A program made the position numbers and the translations under genes. A DNA stretch of 59,300 nucleotides from an uncultured Oscillospiraceae bacterium (GTDB lineage Bacteria; Bacillota; Clostridia; Oscillospirales; Oscillospiraceae). Of this stretch, positions 52,501 to 59,300 are shown in pieces. The stretch's first letter is position 1. Each line of letters opens with the position of its first letter. The DNA lies in contig CALXDB010000001.1 of assembly GCA_944386955.1 (NCBI GenBank), forward strand, positions 1 to 59,300, in the 5' to 3' direction. The notes beneath the pieces are model-generated. The model saw nothing but the letters and a program-made list of their open reading frames with translations, was not told the DNA's origin and ran no database searches.

Positions 52501-52716
52501 ATGAGTGTTGCAATTGGAGCTGCAGTCGCAGTGCTGACCGGCGTGGGTGCCGGCGTGGGAATTGGATTTGCTACCGGCAAGGCCACTGAGGCCATTGCCC
52601 GCCAGCCGGAGGCCGCCGGTCAGATCCGGAGCTCTCTGATCGTGGGCTGCGCCCTGGCCGAGGCCACCGCCATCTACGGCTTCATCACGGCTCTGGTCCT
52701 GATCTTCCTGCAGTAA
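52501..52716 (+). CDS. atpE: F-type ATP synthase subunit c
   Basis: 71-aa hairpin with an ARQPE loop and the carboxylate in [11 protein letters not shown]. Confidence 0.9.
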   Translation: MSVAIGAAVAVLTGVGAGVGIGFATGKATEAIARQPEAAGQIRSSLIVGCALAEATAIYGFITALVLIFLQ

Positions 52717-52755
52717 GCGCGGGGGAAGCATCACAGGAAAAGGAGACGGGAAGAC

Positions 52756-53226
52756 GTGCTGAATATCGATCCATATACGATCTTATTTACATTGATCAAC
52801 TTGTTGATCCTGTTCGTGGCCATGAAAAAGGTGCTCTTCAAGCCCATCAACGACATTTTGGAGAGCCGGGCCAAAACCGTGCAGGACAACCTGGAGCAGG
52901 CCCAGCGTCAGCGGGAGGAAGCCCAGGCGCTGAAGGCCCAGTATGAGGAACAGATGGCCCAATCCCGCCAGCAGGCCGCCCAGCTGCTCAGCCAGGCCAA
53001 AACCCAGAGCCAGGAGGTCTACCAGAAAACGGTGTCCGATGCTCAGGCCGAGGCCAAGAAGCTGATGACCGCCGGGGCTGAGCGCAACCGCCATGACCGG
53101 GAGGTCATGCTCAAGAGCGTGCGGGAAGAGGTCGCCTCTCTGGTGGTGGAGGCCGCCGCAAAGGTGGCCGAGCAGAGCGACACCGCCATTGACGATTTTC
53201 TGCAGGAGGAGCGTGAGACCAAATGA
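52756..53226 (+). CDS. atpF: F-type ATP synthase subunit b
   Basis: N-terminal TM helix, then a long charged helix ([37 protein letters not shown]...). Confidence 0.85.
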   Translation: MLNIDPYTILFTLINLLILFVAMKKVLFKPINDILESRAKTVQDNLEQAQRQREEAQALKAQYEEQMAQSRQQAAQLLSQAKTQSQEVYQKTVSDAQAEAKKLMTAGAERNRHDREVMLKSVREEVASLVVEAAAKVAEQSDTAIDDFLQEERETK

Positions 53227-54956
53227 ACAGCTGTGTTCTGACCTGTGTGAAAAAGCCCGATCAGGCCCAACAGCAGCGGCTGCTCACCTTCCTCAAGGAG
53301 AAGCACGGCGCAGCGGCGGAGGAGCTGGAGGTCCGCATCGACCCCAGCATCCTGGGGGGCTTCGTCCTCACCGCCGACGGCTATACTTACGACTACAGCG
53401 TCAAGGGCCGCATCCGGCAGATGGGGGAGCAGCTGAAGGGCAATCCCACCACCTTTGAGGACCCCAAGGCGTTGGTGGAATCTCTCCGAAAGGAGATCCG
53501 GGACTTCACCCCCTCCCGGGACCCCATGGAGCTGGGCGAGGTGACGGAGGTCAGCGACGGCATCGTCACCGCCAAGGGTCTGCCCCGTGCGGTGTACGGC
53601 GAGCAGGTCCTCTTTGAGAACGGCGAACAGGGCATGGTGATGGATCTCCGCCAAGAGACCGTCGGCATCGTGCTGCTGGGCGAGAGCGAAGGCATCGGCG
53701 AGGGCAGTAAGGTCCGCCGTACCGGCCGTACCGTGGAGGTGCCGGTAGGCGAAGGTCTTCTGGGCCGGGTGGTGGACGCCCTGGGCCGCCCCATCGACGA
53801 CATGGGCCCCATCCAGAACGACGGCTTCCGCCCTGTGGAGCAGGAGGCCGGCGGCGTTATCACCCGGGAGCCTGTGACGGTGCCTCTCCAGACCGGCATC
53901 ATGGCCATCGACGCCATGGTCCCCATCGGCCGGGGCCAGCGGGAGCTGATCGTGGGCGACCGGCAGACCGGCAAGACGGCCATCGCCGTGGATACCATGC
54001 TCAACCAGAAGGACACCGGCGTTCTGTGCATCTATGTGGCCATCGGCCAGAAGGCCTCCTCGGTGGCGCGGGTTCAGGAGACCCTCCGCAAGAGAGGAGC
54101 TATGGACCACTGCATCATCGTGTCCGCCGCCGCCGGCGACAGCCCCTCTCTTCAGTATATCGCCCCCTATGCCGGTGCGGCCATGGGCGAATACTTCATG
54201 GAGCGGGGTCGGGATGTGCTGATTGTCTACGACGACCTCAGCAAGCACGCCGTGGCCTATCGGACTCTGAGTCTTCTTTTGAAGCGGTCCCCCGGCCGCG
54301 AGGCCTACCCCGGCGACGTGTTTTACCTTCACAGCCGCCTGCTGGAGCGGGCCTGCCGCCTCACCAAGGAATACGGCGGCGGCTCCATGACCGCCCTGCC
54401 CATCATCGAAACCCAGGCGGGCGACGTGTCCGCCTATATCCCCACCAACGTCATCTCCATCACCGACGGCCAGATCTATCTGGAGTCCGGCCTTTTCTTC
54501 GCCGGCCAGCGTCCCGCCATCAATGTGGGCCTGTCCGTGTCCCGTGTGGGCGGCGCCGCCCAGACCCGGGCCATCAAGAAGACCGCCGGTACTCTGCGTA
54601 TCGACCTGGCCCGCTTCCGGGAGTTGGAGGTATTCACCCAGTTCTCCTCTGACCTCGACAAGGCCACCCAGCAGGTACTGGACCATGGCAAACGGCTACT
54701 GGAGCTCCTTAAGCAGCCTCAGTACCACCCCATGACCGTCAGCCGCCAGGCCACCCTTCTCTATGTGGCCACTCAGGGCCTTTTGGACGACGTGCCCCTG
54801 GAGAAGGTGTCTGAATTCACCGAATCCTTTATGGAACGGATGGAAACGGAGCACAGCGACGTGCTCCAGGGCATCGAGGAGACCGGCGCCATAAGCGGTG
54901 TAGCCGCCGAAACCATCCGGGAAACCCTGCTGTCCTGCAAGGAGACCCTGGTATGA
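53223..54956 (+). CDS. atpA: F-type ATP synthase alpha subunit, preceded in frame by the C-terminal roughly 70 aa of a delta (OSCP) subunit
   Basis: Residues 1-73 (…[39 protein letters not shown]) match only the C-terminal end of AtpH. From about residue 78 the protein is canonical alpha (VSDGIV...[13 protein letters not shown]...GDRQTGKT...). There is no stop between the two parts. An internal ATG is at 53421. Confidence 0.85.
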   Translation: MNSCVLTCVKKPDQAQQQRLLTFLKEKHGAAAEELEVRIDPSILGGFVLTADGYTYDYSVKGRIRQMGEQLKGNPTTFEDPKALVESLRKEIRDFTPSRDPMELGEVTEVSDGIVTAKGLPRAVYGEQVLFENGEQGMVMDLRQETVGIVLLGESEGIGEGSKVRRTGRTVEVPVGEGLLGRVVDALGRPIDDMGPIQNDGFRPVEQEAGGVITREPVTVPLQTGIMAIDAMVPIGRGQRELIVGDRQTGKTAIAVDTMLNQKDTGVLCIYVAIGQKASSVARVQETLRKRGAMDHCIIVSAAAGDSPSLQYIAPYAGAAMGEYFMERGRDVLIVYDDLSKHAVAYRTLSLLLKRSPGREAYPGDVFYLHSRLLERACRLTKEYGGGSMTALPIIETQAGDVSAYIPTNVISITDGQIYLESGLFFAGQRPAINVGLSVSRVGGAAQTRAIKKTAGTLRIDLARFRELEVFTQFSSDLDKATQQVLDHGKRLLELLKQPQYHPMTVSRQATLLYVATQGLLDDVPLEKVSEFTESFMERMETEHSDVLQGIEETGAISGVAAETIRETLLSCKETLV

Positions 54957-54990
54957 CCTGCATGAGTCCCAATCGAGGAGGTGAGCGGCT

Positions 54991-55875
54991 GTGACAGGCA
55001 TGAAGGAGATCCGGGATCACATCAAGAGTGTACAGCAGACGCTGAAGATCACCAACGCCATGTATCTCATCTCCTCGGCAAATCTGCGCCGGGCGAGAAA
55101 GCAGCTCAACGATGTGCTCCCCTACTTTACCAAAATCTATAATGCCATTGCCGACATTCTCCAGCGCTCCCCGGAGCTGAACCACCCCTACTTCGACCGG
55201 CGGCTCCATATCCCCCGGGAGGAGCGGAAGATCGGCTATATCATCCTTACCGGCGACAAGGGCCTGGCCGGGGCCTATAACCACAACGTGCTGCAGCTGG
55301 CGGAGGAGCGGATGAAGCGCACCGTGAATCCCCGGCTTTTCGTCATGGGCCATGTGGGCCGGACCTACTTTGCGGATCAGGGCTACCAAATGGAGCCCTC
55401 CTTCGGCTTCGGCGTTCAGGACCCCACCATGGCCCAGGCCCGAACCATCAGTGAGATCATGGTGGAAAAATTCCAAAAGCAGGAGCTGGACGAGGTCCAT
55501 CTCATCTACACCGAGATGGTGACCCCCCTGGAGCTGCGGGTCCGGGAGCTGCGGCTGCTGCCTTTGGTGCGCAGCGACTTTCCCCGGCTCAAGGAGCAGA
55601 AGGGCTTCCGGCGGACCATGGACTATGTACCCTCGGTGGACGCGGTGCTGGACAACATCGTGCCCGGCTACGTCAAGGGTATGATTTTCGGTGGACTGGT
55701 GGAGAGCTTCTGCTCCGAGCAGAACGCCCGCATGACCGCCATGCAGACCGCCAACGACAACGCCTCGGACATGCTGAAGAAGCTGTCCCTGTCCTACAAC
55801 CAGGCCCGTCAGACCGCCATCACCCAGGAGATTACCGAGATCGTGGGCGGCTCCGGCCTCTTTACCCAATCCTAA
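54991..55875 (+). CDS. atpG: F-type ATP synthase gamma subunit
   Basis: MKEIRDHIKSVQQTLKITNAMYLISSANLRRA ... ARMTAMQTANDNA ... ITQEITEIVGG. Confidence 0.9.
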   Translation: MTGMKEIRDHIKSVQQTLKITNAMYLISSANLRRARKQLNDVLPYFTKIYNAIADILQRSPELNHPYFDRRLHIPREERKIGYIILTGDKGLAGAYNHNVLQLAEERMKRTVNPRLFVMGHVGRTYFADQGYQMEPSFGFGVQDPTMAQARTISEIMVEKFQKQELDEVHLIYTEMVTPLELRVRELRLLPLVRSDFPRLKEQKGFRRTMDYVPSVDAVLDNIVPGYVKGMIFGGLVESFCSEQNARMTAMQTANDNASDMLKKLSLSYNQARQTAITQEITEIVGGSGLFTQS

Positions 55876-55892
55876 GTATTCCGGAAGGTTGA

Positions 55893-57290
<1,398 letters not shown>

Positions 57291-57710
57291 ATGGAGCGCA
57301 CCTTCTTCCTGGAGGTGGTGACGCCGGAGCGTACCTTCTTCAGCGGGGAGTGCTCCTCCATGGTACTCCCCACTCTGGACGGTCTCTACGGTGTGCTGGC
57401 AGGCCACGAGCCCATGGTCACCGCTGTGGAGAGCGGCGTGTTCAAGTATCGCACCCCTGACGGCATGTGGCACTTCGCCGCTGTGGGCAAGGGTTTTGCC
57501 GAGGTGATGCCCGAGTCCACCATTCTTCTGGTAACCACCGCCGAGCGTCCCCGAGAGATCGATGAACAGCGGGCCCGGCAAGCTATGGAGCGCGCCCAGC
57601 AGCGGCTGCACACCCTCCCCACCGATCAGCAGGAGTACACTTTCTCCCGGGCAGCTCTGGAGCGGGCCAAAGCCCGCCTGGAAGCCAAGCGGATGCAGCG
57701 AAAAAAATAA
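57291..57710 (+). CDS. atpC: F-type ATP synthase epsilon subunit
   Basis: LEVVTPERTFFSGE...VLPTLDGLYGVLAGHEPMV, plus a C-terminal helical hairpin. Confidence 0.9.
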   Translation: MERTFFLEVVTPERTFFSGECSSMVLPTLDGLYGVLAGHEPMVTAVESGVFKYRTPDGMWHFAAVGKGFAEVMPESTILLVTTAERPREIDEQRARQAMERAQQRLHTLPTDQQEYTFSRAALERAKARLEAKRMQRKK

Positions 57711-57717
57711 CAAAAAA

Positions 57718-57752
57718 GCGGAGATTTCCATTGGAAATCTCCGCTTTCTCTT
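57718..57752. terminator. bidirectional terminator after the atp operon
   Basis: GCGGAGATTTCC att GGAAATCTCCGC, flanked by an A-run upstream and a T-rich tract downstream. Confidence 0.75.
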
Positions 57753-57762
57753 TCACAGGCTT

Positions 57763-58302
57763 TTATACTTCCCGGTACAATACCAAGCTGAACCAGGTGA
57801 CCAGGTTGGGGGCGGCAAGGAAATCCAGACCAAACCGCTCCGCCAGCTCCGTCACCAAGATGCCGTGACTTTCTACGCAGGGCAGCATCCTCTCCGGGTG
57901 GCGGCAGGGGCCCTCCGGCCAGGCGCACTTCTCGCACAGGGCGCAGGACTCGGTAGAGAGGGCCATGGCCTCCGCCCCCTCCCGCCGCACCAGATCCAGC
58001 ACCTGATGGGTCAGCTCCTCGTGGGCCAGGCGGGTAGGCAGGGTTTTGTCCAGATCAGCGGCGTCCTCTACCTCTGCCATGGACACCAGGAGGAGAGCCT
58101 CCGGGTAGGAGAGGCACCGTACCCGGCAGTCCTCCACCTCCCCCACCGCCGGGGGACAGGCCCAGGTCTTGTTATACTGGGGGCACTCCTGGCGGCAGAT
58201 ATGCCGCACCTTTTGGGAGAACATCAGGGTGTCCGTGGGAAAAAACTCATACTGCACCAGGGGCAGCTCCCTCAGCCGCTCCTCCAGCCGCTGCCGGTCC
58301 AT
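57763..58302 (-). CDS. DUF2284 metal-binding (Cys-rich) protein
   Basis: VRHICRQECPQYNKTWACPP ... CALCEKCAWPEGPCRHPERMLPC is the typical DUF2284 Cys pattern. ATG 58302 overlaps the UDG stop as ATGA. Confidence 0.75.
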   Translation of the reverse strand: MDRQRLEERLRELPLVQYEFFPTDTLMFSQKVRHICRQECPQYNKTWACPPAVGEVEDCRVRCLSYPEALLLVSMAEVEDAADLDKTLPTRLAHEELTHQVLDLVRREGAEAMALSTESCALCEKCAWPEGPCRHPERMLPCVESHGILVTELAERFGLDFLAAPNLVTWFSLVLYREV

Positions 58303-58889
58303 CACTCCGCCTCCTCTCGGGGATAAGTATGGGTGCACACCCGCCGAATCTCCGCCTGAAGAGCCTTCAGGTCGTCGAAGGTCTCCGGCCGGCGGGAGGG
58401 GTCCCGCAGCAGGGCAGAGGGGTGATAAATGGCCATCATCCGCACTCCTGCCTTCTCAAACCACTGGCCGTGCTCCCGGGTGATCTTGAAATCCGGCTTG
58501 ATAAGCTGCATGGCGGCGATGCGGCCGAGGCACACAATGATCTTAGGCCGGATGAGGGCTGTCTGCCGCCGCAAAAAGCCGATACACGCCTCCTGCTCCG
58601 TGTTCAGGGGATCCCGGTTATTGGGGGGACGGCACTTGACGATGTTGGTAATGTAAACCTTGGTCCGGTCCAAATCGATAATCTCCAGCATGTCGTCCAG
58701 CAGCTTCCCCGCCTTGCCCACGAAGGGAACGCCCTCCCGGTCCTCCGTGGCGCCGGGGCCCTCGCCGATGAACAGCACCTCTGCCGACCGGTTCCCCACG
58801 CCGAACACCACATGCTGCCGTCCGTCGCAGAGGGAGCAGCCCCGGCAGGCCACGGTCTCCCGCTCTAAATTTTCCCAGCTGTCCGCCAT
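58302..58889 (-). CDS. uracil-DNA glycosylase, family 4
   Basis: CRGCSLC...VVFGVGNRSAEVLFIGEGPGATED..G.PFVG.AGKLLD...YITNIVKCRPP.NR.P...HPSALLR. Confidence 0.9.
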   Translation of the reverse strand: MADSWENLERETVACRGCSLCDGRQHVVFGVGNRSAEVLFIGEGPGATEDREGVPFVGKAGKLLDDMLEIIDLDRTKVYITNIVKCRPPNNRDPLNTEQEACIGFLRRQTALIRPKIIVCLGRIAAMQLIKPDFKITREHGQWFEKAGVRMMAIYHPSALLRDPSRRPETFDDLKALQAEIRRVCTHTYPREEAE

Positions 58890-58986
58890 GTCGTTTCCTC
58901 CGTATGCGATCCCTCTCCCGGGGACATTCTATGGAAAGCGCGCCTGCGGCGCGTCCTATTCTCCCCAGGGAAAGGAGCGTCTTCTG

Positions 58987-59300
58987 TTGCTGCTTTGGTC
59001 CTTTTTCTTCTACGGCTTTCTCGGCTTCCTCCTGGAGCGGGCCTTTGCCCGGCTTACCGGGGCAAAACTTCAGGTACGCAAGGGGTTCCTGCTGCTGCCT
59101 CTGTGCCCGGTATATGGTCTTGCCATGGTCCTCTTTCTGGCGCTGACGCCGCCTGGAACATGGGGGTGGTGGGGTCTGGTGCTCCGGGGCCTTATTCTCT
59201 GCACTCTCACGGAATATGCCGTCCATCTCTTCTATGACCGGGTGTTCCACGTCCGCTTCTGGGATTACGACGGAGTCTTCGCCAATGTGTGGGGCCGGGT
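58987..59300 (+). CDS. partial polytopic membrane protein (possibly DUF1113 / putative ABC-transporter type IV family); continues beyond the window
   Basis: This open frame is not in the track because it has no stop. It reads LLLWSFFFYGFLGFLLERAFARL...LLLPLCPVYGLAMVL...TEYAVHLFYDRVFHVRFWDYDG. The candidate TTG start at 58987 lies 9 nt after AAAGGAG. Confidence 0.45.
   Translation, partial: MLLWSFFFYGFLGFLLERAFARLTGAKLQVRKGFLLLPLCPVYGLAMVLFLALTPPGTWGWWGLVLRGLILCTLTEYAVHLFYDRVFHVRFWDYDGVFANVWGR

Noticed and set aside
52501-52716. Whether the c-subunit indicates a Na+-translocating F-ATPase, given the OadG-like gene in the window.
   Set aside because: As I recall the Na+-binding signature, it has Gln in helix 1 and E-S/T next to the carboxylate. 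Here helix 1 has GVGIGFATG (no Gln) and helix 2 has AEATAIY. A proton-coupled enzyme is the simpler reading.

Overview
This is a GC-rich chromosomal segment that looks like a spore-forming Clostridia-type Firmicute. That guess rests on spoIIID, a GerA-family germination protein, SLH-domain wall proteins and an [FeFe] hydrogenase. All homology calls are from reading motifs in the supplied translations; no searches were run.

Most of the window is ordinary housekeeping:
- an ABC exporter, ylmH-like, DUF896 and XpaC-like genes
- a GerA/SpoVAF-like gene
- an SLH-transglutaminase plus LCP pair
- spoIIID and cstA
- ridA
- a complete 10-gene histidine operon (hisZGDCBHAF-IE plus a PHP histidinol phosphatase)
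- MOSC-moaB-moaC
- an OadG-like peptide
- a KdpD(C-terminal)/KdpE-like two-component system
- a LivJHMGF-type ABC importer
- a two-gene [FeFe] hydrogenase operon
- a DUF308 gene, a GH13 enzyme and a DcuS/CitA-type two-component system
- the F-type ATP synthase operon
- DUF2284 plus a family-4 UDG

The one accessory island is about 13.1 kb (11577-24670, all on the minus strand) with 20 tightly coupled genes. It encodes a full head module, a contractile-tail and baseplate module, and a lysis cassette.
- It has no integrase, repressor or replication genes.
- It has no tail fibre.
- It has only 156 codons where a tape-measure gene should be.
- Its small terminase lacks the N-terminal DNA-binding part.

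I consider it a candidate domesticated phage-like particle or gene-transfer-agent-like system, and the best lead in the window.

Secondary oddities:
- an in-frame fusion of a truncated atpH to atpA
- a Cys-rich collagen-like protein
- an AT-rich islet upstream of the hydrogenase operon
- a likely TTG start for spoIIID

No rRNA, tRNA, CRISPR array or transposase was recognised. Many long ORFs in the track are antisense shadow ORFs typical of high-GC DNA and were rejected.
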